Source: an uncultured Candidatus Saccharibacteria bacterium (GTDB lineage Bacteria; Patescibacteriota; Minisyncoccia; Minisyncoccales; GWA2-38-27). From it: 64,000 nt of DNA. Positions within the stretch are counted from its first letter, which is position 1. Every line of letters starts with the position of its first letter. The notes beneath the pieces were generated by a model. That model worked only from the letters and a program-made list of their open reading frames with translations. It made no database searches and was not told the DNA's origin. The stretch lies in assembly GCA_964394985.1 (NCBI GenBank), contig CAYMZK010000002.1, forward strand, positions 22,349-86,348. The letters are read 5' to 3'. Position numbers and translations under genes: made by a program. Shown one piece after another: positions 46,570-55,350 of this stretch.

Positions 46570-46797
46570 GGAATTAACGCATATTTCGGGCGAATATATG
46601 AAGATTCAATATATGAAGGTTGAACCTTCATATATAAAAAATGTGCTTAACCCGGTTAAGCACATTTTAGAATAACTTTTGTCAGCAATTAATCGCTCCT
46701 GACCCCATTTTCTCTGACCCCATTTTCTCAATTAATCGCTCCTGGCCCCATTTTCTCAATTAATCGCTCCTGACCCCATTTCCTGACCCCATTTTCT
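46535..46797. repeat. Composite junction repeat, modules 1+2+3 with tandemly expanded module 3 (copy d)
   Basis: Positions 46686-46797 hold three 26-28-bp units CAATTAATCGCTCCTGRCCCCATTTTCT interleaved with two 15-bp partial units CTGACCCCATTTTCT. Confidence 0.9.
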
Positions 46798-46848
46798 CCT
46801 TTTCTGATTTTCCTTCCACTTCTACAAATAGTTCTAAAAATGGATACA

Positions 46849-47268
46849 TTAAAAAATGCTAAAAAAATCTAAAAATATTCCAATAAGCAGGGCTAAAAGA
46901 GAAAGTAAAAAGATAACAGCTGAATTCCATCTTGATTTTGAAGTTAAGCTGGTTCTAACTAAATAGTGAAGGGCTAGTTTTTTTTGTGAATCAAGACAGC
47001 TTGCTTTGTCTACCGCCCCAACAAGATCATATTTTTCAATTAAATCAGTTCTTTTTTTTGCAACGCTGTAACGATGTCCAAAATAAAGAATAAATCCGAC
47101 TGTCCCAATATACCAGGCAATTTTTACCCACAAGGGATCATAAAAATTTAAAATAATAATTATCCGATAAGAAACCGTGGCTAGAATTCCCGCCCAAAAG
47201 AAAAATAAGCGAACCGGCTTGGGATTTGGTTCTATAACTTTTAACTCTTTCTTGGTTTTTATTTCCAT
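46849..47268 (-). CDS. Hypothetical membrane protein
   Basis: 139 aa with 3-4 predicted hydrophobic helices. Confidence 0.5.
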   Translation of the reverse strand: MEIKTKKELKVIEPNPKPVRLFFFWAGILATVSYRIIIILNFYDPLWVKIAWYIGTVGFILYFGHRYSVAKKRTDLIEKYDLVGAVDKASCLDSQKKLALHYLVRTSLTSKSRWNSAVIFLLSLLALLIGIFLDFFSIF

Positions 47269-47595
47269 AATATTTCATTATATCACAATAGTCTCAATAA
47301 AATAAAAAATAGTGTAAAAAAAAGGGGGTTGCGTTTGCAAAACCCCCTTCTGACTTATTTTATTGAGACTATTCCGACATAATAGTCGGTTGGTAATCCT
47401 CCCAACCATTTTTCATGCCAGGGTATGTTTTCTGGCTTGAAGCGTTTCAACCCATAAAACGGGTTGAGGACAAACCATGTAAAATCCTGATTTGTCCAGA
47501 AAAGCGGGAGGAGAGAAATTATTTGGACTTCTCTCATCCACGTCCATTCCACGCCTGCCAGAAAAGGAGCGTGGAAGATAAAAACTTCCAACTTG

Positions 47596-47683
47596 GTTAA
47601 ATTTGTCAATGATTTGTGTACTGGGTTCAAGGAATTAACGCATATTTCGGGCAAATATATGAAGACTCTATATATGAAGGTTG
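47596..47683. repeat. Composite junction repeat, truncated module 1 (copy e), overlapping the ABC transporter stop
   Basis: CTGGGTTCAAGGAATTAACGCATATTTCGGGCAAATATATGAAGACTCTATATATGAAGGTTG. The palindrome is cut after its first arm. Confidence 0.85.
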
Positions 47684-49389
47684 TAAAACTTATGATAAGC
47701 TCCTTGCTCCTCAAGTAGTTGCTCGTGAGTTCCTTGTTCAATTATCTTTCCTTTTTGTAAAACTAAAATCTTATCTGCTTTTCTAACAGTGCTTAAACGA
47801 TGAGCAATAATAAAAGTGGTTTTGTCTTTAGTTAATCTTTCTAGAGCTTGGCTAATCATTTTTTCCGAATGAACATCTAGCGAAGAAGTCGCTTCGTCTA
47901 GAATAAGGATTTTAGGATCTCTAATTATAGCTCTGGCAATAGCTAGTCTTTGTTTTTGACCAGCTGATAACTTAACTCCTCTTTCTCCAACCATTGTATT
48001 ATACTTATCTGGCAGTCTTTCAATAAAGTCATGAATATTGGCCATTTTGGCTGCTTCTACTATTTCTTTTTTGCTCGCATTTGGCTTTCCATACAAAATA
48101 TTATTACTTATGGTATCATTAAAAAGAATTATTTCTTGAGGAACATAGGCAATTAAACTTCTTAAGAATTTTAACTTTAAATCTTTAATATTTACTCCAT
48201 CTAACAAGATCTCTCCCTTTCTAGGAGTAAAATAAAGAGAGAGCAAATCAATAGTAGTAGTTTTTCCTTCTCCGCTTCCACCAACCAAAGCAACTTTTTG
48301 CCCAGCCAAAGCAGTAAAATTAAGACCATCTAAAACAGGACGCTTATGACTATAGCCAAATTCTACATTCTTATATTCTATCTTTCCTTTAACGTCTTCT
48401 ATAATCTTTCCTTCTTCTTTAGCTTCTTCGACTTCCATATCTAAAAATTCATTAGCTCTTTTGATGGCGGCCAGCCCTCTTTGAATTTCTAGCCATTGCC
48501 ATAGTAAAATAGCCAGGGGCATTCTAGTTAAATTTAGATAACCCAAAAACATTACTAAAACTCCATGAGAAATTACTCCTTGTCCTAATAGATAAATGGC
48601 ATAACCAAAAACAACAACAAAACCTAAAGAAAAGATAATTTCTTGAAATAAGACGGTGTTTTCCCAAATTAAAGAGTTTTTCTTTAGGGCGGGATTAACC
48701 TTGTCTAAATAAACACTTTTAATTTTAGATTTTTGAAATTCTTCAGAAGCCGAAGATTTAATTGTATGAATATTTAAAAAAGAGTCGTTTAAAATTCCGG
48801 CTGACTGATCAAAGCTTTTACTAACTTCTTTTTGACTGCCCGCCAAAAGAGGAGTTCTTTTAATGGCAATAATAACTGAAAGAATAAAAATAACTAAAAC
48901 CCCCAAAGATAATCTCCAGTTAATAGCAAGCATTATAACCAAACCAATTAAAAGGGTGACGAATCTGGGAGCAATCCAAAAGACAGTGTTACTAATAATA
49001 TTATTTAAATGGTCAGCGGCTCTAGTTATTCTAGAAACTAATTCACCAACCTTCTTTTCCCGATGAAAAGATAAAGGAAGATTAACCACATGAGACATAT
49101 GATCATAAACAAAATCAGTCAAAACATCTACTCCTAGATAAGCCCCCCTAACATAAACTATTCTTTTAAAAATTGCTGATAAAAAAGTAGTAATTGCCCA
49201 AATACCAAGCAGAGCAAGAACTAAAAAAGAAATTGAATCACTGGAAACAGTATCTACCAACCTTCCATAAAGATAAGGAACTATTCCTTCAAAAGCGGCA
49301 AAGCTCACAGCTAAAATTGCAGTCGCTACAACTGTTCTTTTATGCTTCTTTATATATCTCCAAATAATTTTAAAATCTAAAAGCATCAT
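47668..49389 (-). CDS. ABC transporter, fused permease/ATPase (exporter type, MsbA-like)
   Basis: 573 aa with a 6-TM domain, Walker A GGSGEGKTT, signature LSAGQKQRLAIARA and Walker B ILILDEATS. Confidence 0.9.
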   Translation of the reverse strand: MMLLDFKIIWRYIKKHKRTVVATAILAVSFAAFEGIVPYLYGRLVDTVSSDSISFLVLALLGIWAITTFLSAIFKRIVYVRGAYLGVDVLTDFVYDHMSHVVNLPLSFHREKKVGELVSRITRAADHLNNIISNTVFWIAPRFVTLLIGLVIMLAINWRLSLGVLVIFILSVIIAIKRTPLLAGSQKEVSKSFDQSAGILNDSFLNIHTIKSSASEEFQKSKIKSVYLDKVNPALKKNSLIWENTVLFQEIIFSLGFVVVFGYAIYLLGQGVISHGVLVMFLGYLNLTRMPLAILLWQWLEIQRGLAAIKRANEFLDMEVEEAKEEGKIIEDVKGKIEYKNVEFGYSHKRPVLDGLNFTALAGQKVALVGGSGEGKTTTIDLLSLYFTPRKGEILLDGVNIKDLKLKFLRSLIAYVPQEIILFNDTISNNILYGKPNASKKEIVEAAKMANIHDFIERLPDKYNTMVGERGVKLSAGQKQRLAIARAIIRDPKILILDEATSSLDVHSEKMISQALERLTKDKTTFIIAHRLSTVRKADKILVLQKGKIIEQGTHEQLLEEQGAYHKFYNLHI

Positions 49390-49514
49390 AAAGGTTATTC
49401 TACAATATTGAGAGGATTAAATCAACCCTTTTATCTTGATTACTTTTATACGAGAAGTATGACCAGTTTTTATAGTTACAAAAATTTTCATACACTCATT
49501 TTAAGCAATGACAA

Positions 49515-49545
49515 AAATAAAAGCAAGGGCTAAAACCCTTGCCTC
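49515..49545 (-). terminator. Rho-independent terminator after the DUF378 gene
   Basis: GCAAGGG/CCCTTGC stem followed by TTTTATTTTT on the minus strand. Confidence 0.65.
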
Positions 49546-49563
49546 TATAATATATAAATATAT

Positions 49564-49758
49564 TTATTGTTTTTTGCCAGCAGTATCAATAGCCACAACA
49601 ATGGCACCAATACCTACCAAGACATAAACAACTTTTGAAATAGCTGACATGTCTCCAAAAATAGCAGCAACTAAATCAAAACCAAACAGTCCAACTAGAC
49701 CCCAGTTTAATCCACCAATAATTACTAAAATTAATGATATAATTTTAATAGCTTTCAT
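49564..49758 (-). CDS. DUF378-family small membrane protein
   Basis: 64 aa with IIGGLNWGLVGLFGFDLVA. Confidence 0.75.
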   Translation of the reverse strand: MKAIKIISLILVIIGGLNWGLVGLFGFDLVAAIFGDMSAISKVVYVLVGIGAIVVAIDTAGKKQ

Positions 49759-49823
49759 AATATTATTACATAATATATTAATTAGTGACCTTTAGGGTAT
49801 TATAATACATTTTTTTATGAAGG

Positions 49824-50117
49824 TTAAGTGAAACTGTTAATAATCCCCCGTATTCTTTCTCCTTCTTTTTCAACTATTGGGCTATCATATTCAGCCCCAT
49901 GAGCTTTTTTGTAAACTGGTCGCTTCTGGTCTATGTGCAAATTAAACAAAAACCCGTCCTCTTCTTTTTTAAGATACAAATGGAAGCGCGGGTAACCGCT
50001 TCTCTCTAAGGGACGCACTAAAGAAATTTCATTTTCTGAAACTTCTCTTTGAAAAATATAGCCGATATCTCTAGCAAAATTAATAATATTTCCTTCTATT
50101 TTTAATTTAAATTTCAT
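49824..50117 (-). CDS. Hypothetical protein
   Basis: 97-aa ORF with a 4-nt overlap with the upstream amidohydrolase gene. Confidence 0.5.
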   Translation of the reverse strand: MKFKLKIEGNIINFARDIGYIFQREVSENEISLVRPLERSGYPRFHLYLKKEEDGFLFNLHIDQKRPVYKKAHGAEYDSPIVEKEGERIRGIINSFT

Positions 50118-51172
50118 ATCTTTAAAATTCTTTTTTTATAATTTTCGCCTAAAACATTAGCTAGAGAATCCTTGAAGCCTTCTTTAATTTTAGCGGATTT
50201 TAAGCCTTGGTACAAAAAAACAAGATTATGAGTCATATTATTATACAAAGCATCAGAACCAAAGATAATTCTTTTACTCGGAGCAATTTTAAAAACTTTT
50301 TTAATAATAGTCGGCGAAGCGCCAGAAGTATCAAAATAAACATTATTAAATTTTTGAATAATTGATTTTATTAAACGATAATCAGGCCTTAAAATAGCAT
50401 TATGGCCTAAATGAGCAATGACGATAGGAATATCATAATTATTAAATAATTCACTTTTCCCTTTATAGTCACAAAAACTCTTTAACAAAGCATTATCTCT
50501 GCTCCTTTTATACTCTGGATCATTAATATTGGAATAATCTGAATAACCTCCATGGAAAACAAGGTAAAGTTTTTCTTTTTCAATTGTTGAGTATATTTTA
50601 CGAAGCTTTTTGGCAATCTCTAAAGAATTATGGCTTGGCTGAGGTTTAAAGTTTTGGAGATTTGGGTGAAGCTTAATTCCAACAATTTTGTAGTTTTTGA
50701 TTAATTCTTTAATTTTCTTCTCTATTTTATCTAATTTTATCCGACAGACATCAATAGAGCCTAAAACAAAAAATCTTTGATGTTGAAAGTTTTTGCCAAT
50801 AGCTTCAGAAGAAATCCAAGGCTCAATCGGAAGCAAGCTTGATTTATCAATTAACGAAATATCCATTTCTTTTAAAATCCTTTCTTTATTGCTGCCAACA
50901 TATTTTTTTCTAATAATACTATGAACATATTTGGGGGTAATAAAAAAACCAAGCGTTAAAATAAATCTTTCTACTTTATTATACTCCAGAAACTCCAAGA
51001 TGCTTGGTTTTAAAAAATCTTCATTTTTAAAGCTTTTTTTCACTTCCTTTTTGTTATCCGCGACCCCTAAAACATCATAAGGATGAACATGAGAATCAAT
51101 AATCTCAAAACCTAACTCTTTTTTAATTTTTTTAATATCTTTTAAAATCTCTAAAATTCTTTCTTGTTTCAT
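50114..51172 (-). CDS. Amidohydrolase-family (TIM-barrel metal-dependent hydrolase) protein
   Basis: Motifs IIDSHVHPYD, VFHGG, AHLGH and FGSDA. Confidence 0.7.
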   Translation of the reverse strand: MKQERILEILKDIKKIKKELGFEIIDSHVHPYDVLGVADNKKEVKKSFKNEDFLKPSILEFLEYNKVERFILTLGFFITPKYVHSIIRKKYVGSNKERILKEMDISLIDKSSLLPIEPWISSEAIGKNFQHQRFFVLGSIDVCRIKLDKIEKKIKELIKNYKIVGIKLHPNLQNFKPQPSHNSLEIAKKLRKIYSTIEKEKLYLVFHGGYSDYSNINDPEYKRSRDNALLKSFCDYKGKSELFNNYDIPIVIAHLGHNAILRPDYRLIKSIIQKFNNVYFDTSGASPTIIKKVFKIAPSKRIIFGSDALYNNMTHNLVFLYQGLKSAKIKEGFKDSLANVLGENYKKRILKI

Positions 51173-51217
51173 ATAATTAAGTTTAACATTTTTAGGTTAA
51201 ATAAAAAAGAAGAGATT

Positions 51218-51406
51218 TTATCTCTTCTTTTTATCGCCGTTTAAAAACCAAGCTTTGCGAAAAACCCTTCCACATTTTTCGCATCCACTAAGTTGAGTAA
51301 AAAGAAACTTTGTAGAACCATTCTCTTGAAAAGCGTCTATTACTTCTTTAGGCGTAATACATTTATGAGAACTGCTACCGCTTCTTTTCTTCATCATTTT
51401 AGCCAT
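51218..51406 (-). CDS. Hypothetical small basic protein with a CxxC motif
   Basis: 62-aa ORF containing ...SGCEKCGRVF.... Confidence 0.4.
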   Translation of the reverse strand: MAKMMKKRSGSSSHKCITPKEVIDAFQENGSTKFLFTQLSGCEKCGRVFRKAWFLNGDKKKR

Positions 51407-51490
51407 AATAATCTCCCCGTTTAAAAGAACAAAAAATCAAAGAACTATATCTTTCTTTGATTTTAAATAAAGAAGAAAAGAAGTCAACAG

Positions 51491-52177
51491 CTAAAGCTGC
51501 CTAATTCTGTTAATAACGTAATTAGCCGGTTGATTATAATCTTCAATAACTTTAATTTCCTTGCTTGGCAAATTAAAAGGTTTGCCAATTTTTATCTTTA
51601 TCTTGTATTTTCTTAACAAAACACCTAAAAACTTCATTTTAATTACCGGTGTTTGAATCCTTACCGGAAGAATTTTAGTCCCCGTCTTAAAAGCTAAATA
51701 AGCAACTCCTCTCTTAGGCTTAGATGGCCCTTCTTTCCATTGTCTTTTTCCTTCTGGGAAAATGCCAACCACTCCTCCGTTATTAAGAATATCTACTGGA
51801 ATTTTTAAAGACTTATCTAGTCCTATTTTTCTTTTAACCGGAAACCCGCCAAAAGCCCAAATAATTGGCCAAAAAATAGGAATATAATAAATTTTTTTTA
51901 AAACGGCGTAATGAATAGGGAAGGATTTGGAAGCAAAAGGAAAAGAAGTCCCAATAAGAAAAGGATCAATCCAAGAAGTATGATTGCTAGCAACTATTAA
52001 GGGCCCTCTTATCTTCTCAAGATCAATATCTGATTCTACTTCTACTCTTAAGAAAAATCTTAAGATTAGCTTCATTGGACCCCAAAAAATATTATAGAAG
52101 AGATACGGAAGATTGAGTTTTCCCCAACCAAGGTCTCTTGACAATAACTTTTGTCCTTGATAATATTTATATGTCAT
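51491..52177 (-). CDS. PlsC-family acyltransferase
   Basis: NHTSWIDPF (HX4D) and FPEGKRQ. Confidence 0.75.
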   Translation of the reverse strand: MTYKYYQGQKLLSRDLGWGKLNLPYLFYNIFWGPMKLILRFFLRVEVESDIDLEKIRGPLIVASNHTSWIDPFLIGTSFPFASKSFPIHYAVLKKIYYIPIFWPIIWAFGGFPVKRKIGLDKSLKIPVDILNNGGVVGIFPEGKRQWKEGPSKPKRGVAYLAFKTGTKILPVRIQTPVIKMKFLGVLLRKYKIKIKIGKPFNLPSKEIKVIEDYNQPANYVINRIRQL

Positions 52178-52300
52178 GACACAATAAGATGGCCAAAATA
52201 TTTAGTCTCGTCCCCAATTTGAGCTAAAGATGGTCGTCTTTTTTGTTTATCTTGATTTTATTCGAATTTAATTTGATTATACCATATTACATTATTTTTT

Positions 52301-53722
52301 TCAAGTCACCCAGTATTTATTCTTAGTCATTTTATCTTTTTTCATTATAACCTGATCTCTTTCTTTTTGTGAAATTTTAGCTAGTTTATCTATTTCTTTT
52401 TCAGAAAATTTAGCTAATTCTTTTACCTTTTCTTCTAAAAATTCTTTATTGTTGTTTTTAGGATCATTTAAAACTTCGCCTAAAAGTATATCTAGCACTT
52501 TTCCCACTATTGGCCCAGATTTAACGTTTAATAACTTCATTACCTTTTTCCCGTCTATTTTAAGCATCTTAACCGAAATCGGATCTTTAGAACTCTTTTC
52601 TATTATATATTTCATATGACGCAGTTTATAGGGCTCTGCCTTGGGAACACCGGAACCAATTCTGTCAGCCATTCTAACCTGTAACAGTTCTTTAATGTTC
52701 TCTGGTCCCACCTTGCGAACTAAACGCCTGACAGAGGCCTCTGTGACCTCGTCAACATTATAATAAAACAGGTGATAGCGAACTAACTTCACAATCTTTT
52801 CTATTTCTTTTTTGGGAAACTTTAATCTTTCTAAAATCTTTTTAGTTATTCTAGCTCCGATCACTTCGTGTCCATAAAAAGTTGCCTTTTGACCAGCTCC
52901 TCTTTTGGATTTTGGTTTTCCAATATCATGTAACAAGGAGGCAATTCTAACTTCTTTGCTAAAGTCTTTTTTAGCAGCATACTTTAAAGAAAGCACCGAG
53001 TGCTCATAAACATCATAAATATGATGCTTAGATTGAGCTACTTTATATCCTTCTAATAATTCTGGAATTATATATTCTAATAACTTTAGCTTTCTTAACA
53101 TCTCTATCCCCTGATAAGCTCTTTCTGACATTATTATTTTAATAAGCTCGTCTCTAATTCTTTCTCTTGAAATAACTTTCATTAAAGAAGAATTTTTAAC
53201 TATTGCCCTAGCTGTTTCCTTTTCAATTTTAAAACCTAAAACAGAAGCAAATCTTACTGCCCTCATCATTCTTAAAGCATCTTCATTAAACCTTTTATTG
53301 GGGTCGCCAACGGCTCTAATTATTTTCTTTTTTAAATCCTTTTGGCCCTCAAACAGATCAACAATTTCTTTATCTTTTAGGGCTATAGCATTAACAGTAA
53401 AATCTCGACGAGACAAGTCTTCTTCTAGAGTTTTAGCCCATTTAATTTCATCGGGGTGTCTTTTGTCGCTATATTTAGCTTCTGTCCTAAAAGGAGTAAT
53501 CTCAACATCACCTTCAACAGTTACCGTTCCAAAATCATTATTACTAAAACTATTTGGAAATACTTTAATGATTTCTTCTGGGGTAGCGTTAGTAGTAATA
53601 TCCCAGTCTTTTGGCTGGACATCCATTAATAAATCTCTAACGCAACCACCAACCAAAAAAGCTTGGAACTTATTCTTTTCCAGTTTTTTTAAAATATCTC
53701 TAATTTTCTTAGGAAGAACCAT
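52301..53722 (-). CDS. cca: CCA-adding tRNA nucleotidyltransferase with an HD domain
   Basis: LVGGCVRDLLM...DWDITT head domain and LLHDIGKP. Confidence 0.88.
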   Translation of the reverse strand: MVLPKKIRDILKKLEKNKFQAFLVGGCVRDLLMDVQPKDWDITTNATPEEIIKVFPNSFSNNDFGTVTVEGDVEITPFRTEAKYSDKRHPDEIKWAKTLEEDLSRRDFTVNAIALKDKEIVDLFEGQKDLKKKIIRAVGDPNKRFNEDALRMMRAVRFASVLGFKIEKETARAIVKNSSLMKVISRERIRDELIKIIMSERAYQGIEMLRKLKLLEYIIPELLEGYKVAQSKHHIYDVYEHSVLSLKYAAKKDFSKEVRIASLLHDIGKPKSKRGAGQKATFYGHEVIGARITKKILERLKFPKKEIEKIVKLVRYHLFYYNVDEVTEASVRRLVRKVGPENIKELLQVRMADRIGSGVPKAEPYKLRHMKYIIEKSSKDPISVKMLKIDGKKVMKLLNVKSGPIVGKVLDILLGEVLNDPKNNNKEFLEEKVKELAKFSEKEIDKLAKISQKERDQVIMKKDKMTKNKYWVT

Positions 53723-53796
53723 TATCTAATCATATCTTAAAATAAGACGATTTTCAATTGATTTTTGCCAAATTTGTGCTAGAATAATAAAACAAT

Positions 53797-53873
53797 GCGC
53801 CTGTAGCTCAATTGGATAGAGTGTTAGGTTTCGGCCCTAAAGGTTGCAGGTTCGAGTCCTGCCAGGCGCACCA
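53797..53873 (+). tRNA. tRNA-Arg (anticodon TCG) with encoded CCA
   Basis: Cloverleaf read manually: acceptor GCGCCTG/CAGGCGC, anticodon stem TTAGG/CCTAA, loop TTTCGGC, T-arm GCAGG-TTCGAGT-CCTGC, then ACCA. Confidence 0.9.
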
Positions 53874-55202
53874 GTAAGGAATTTGCAAGGAGTTTCGGTT
53901 CGCCTCGCTTCGCTCGGCGATTATTTTGTACGGGATTTTGGGGGTAAAAACGAATTGGCGGTTTCGCAAAATATGGTTCGAGCCGATGTTTTTCAGAAAT
54001 GTTGTCATTTCGGATTTGTTTTGAGAGGAAAGTAGATTAGCGGCTTGATTCAAGGATTTTACGAACTCACGAGCCGGTTCGAGCCAAGACAATCCTTTTT
54101 GCTCAAAATCGGTGATTTTCTCGCTGAGCGACACTTTCTCGGAAAGCAAACTCTGTTTTTTGGCGGCGTATTCTTCTGTGGATAAAGCGTCTACCAAATA
54201 GATGTCGAGAAGTTTTGCTAACTTACTTTCCACGCTTGCCAGTTGTTCTTTCAAAACACTAACCTCGGTTTGTGCGTCCTCTCTCGCTTTATCCCGCTCT
54301 TGTTCCAACGCCGCCAAAACTTTTTCTGTGTCTTGGCTCGATAAAGAAACTTTTTGAAGAAATGTTTTTATCTGCTCGATCAATTCCTCCTCTCTCAAAT
54401 AATGTTTTTCTTGGCATAAACCTTTTTTCTTGGTGCAACGATAATAATTATGTCCTTTTTGAATTTCGGCAGTAATTGAGCAACCGCAAGAAGCACATTT
54501 TAACAAACCAAGAAAAGCAAAATTATGCTTTCTTACTTCTTGCACTTTTCCTCGCTTGCTTATTACCTCTTGGCATTTATCAAAAAGTTTCTTTGAAATT
54601 AACGGTTCGTGTTGTCCCTCGAAAATTTCCCGCTTCCAACGCATAAGCCCGATATAGAAAGGGTTAGTCAAAATTTTCTGAACATTGCTTACGGCAATTT
54701 TCTTGCCGAGATTACCACGCAGATTTTTATGTTCGCACCAATTTGCGAGAGATAAGAGCGTTTGGCTTCCGGTGGCGTACATTTCAAAAAGTTTCTTCAC
54801 TTTTAGGGATTTCTCTTTATCAATATCCACGCCTCTCGTTTTTGGATTATTGAGGTAGCCCACCGGAGCCCAACCGGGCCATACGCCGTTTCTAATTTTT
54901 TGTCGTAGTCCTCGCTTTACATTCTCTCGCAAATTATCTACGAAGTATTTGCTCTGTCCAAAAGCAATGTTCAGCATAAAAAGTCCTTGCGGTGTTGGCT
55001 CAAACCAAAAAGTGGGAAATTTTAGGGACTTAATCAAACCGCGATCTACAAAGTGGATAATTCTACCGCCATCTACGGAATTGCGAGCGAGGCGGTCTGG
55101 ATGCCAGCTCAAAATCCCTTCTGCTTTTCCTTTTTCCAAAAATGACAACATTTCTGAAAAATATCGGCTCGAACCACATTTTGTAAAAGAAAATTTTTTC
55201 AT
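53808..55202 (-). mobile_element. Large serine recombinase-family protein that appears N-terminally truncated; its 3' end overlaps the tRNA-Arg 3' half
   Basis: GILSWHPDRLARNSVDGGRII, FGQSKYFVDNLRENVKRG, a Zn-ribbon (CASCGCS...YYRC) and a coiled coil are present. The usual N-terminal catalytic-Ser segment (about 50-60 aa) is not encoded. Confidence 0.65.
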
Positions 55203-55350
55203 TTTTGTTTATTGCAGAAATTCTTGGGAATTTCTGTTTTTTGTTTTACTCTTGCATTTTCCCTTGATTTATTGTAATGTAATCCAGAAGACTAGGGCAT
55301 AGTGCTTAGTCAATCTGTACCTTGAAAACCTAATAAAGGAGGTAAAGAAA

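Noticed and set aside
46686-46797. Possible CRISPR array
   Set aside because: The repeats are directly abutting, with no unique spacers, and no cas genes are in the window.
33955-47683. Integron-like array (same-orientation cassettes each followed by a structured repeat, reminiscent of attC sites or CALINs)
   Set aside because: There is no IntI-type tyrosine recombinase or attI. The repeats (~170 bp, three modules) are longer than typical attC sites, and I could not find the RYYYAAC/GTTRRRY core pairs. A REP/RayT-like or homologous-recombination explanation fits better. An attC covariance search would settle it.
47355-47741. 128-aa ORF between the membrane protein gene and the ABC transporter
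   Set aside because: Its N-terminal half overlaps the transporter 3' end and is encoded by repeat module 1 (LNPVHKSLTN...). Only the distal ~60 codons could be real, and they carry no recognisable motif. It is not reported as a gene.
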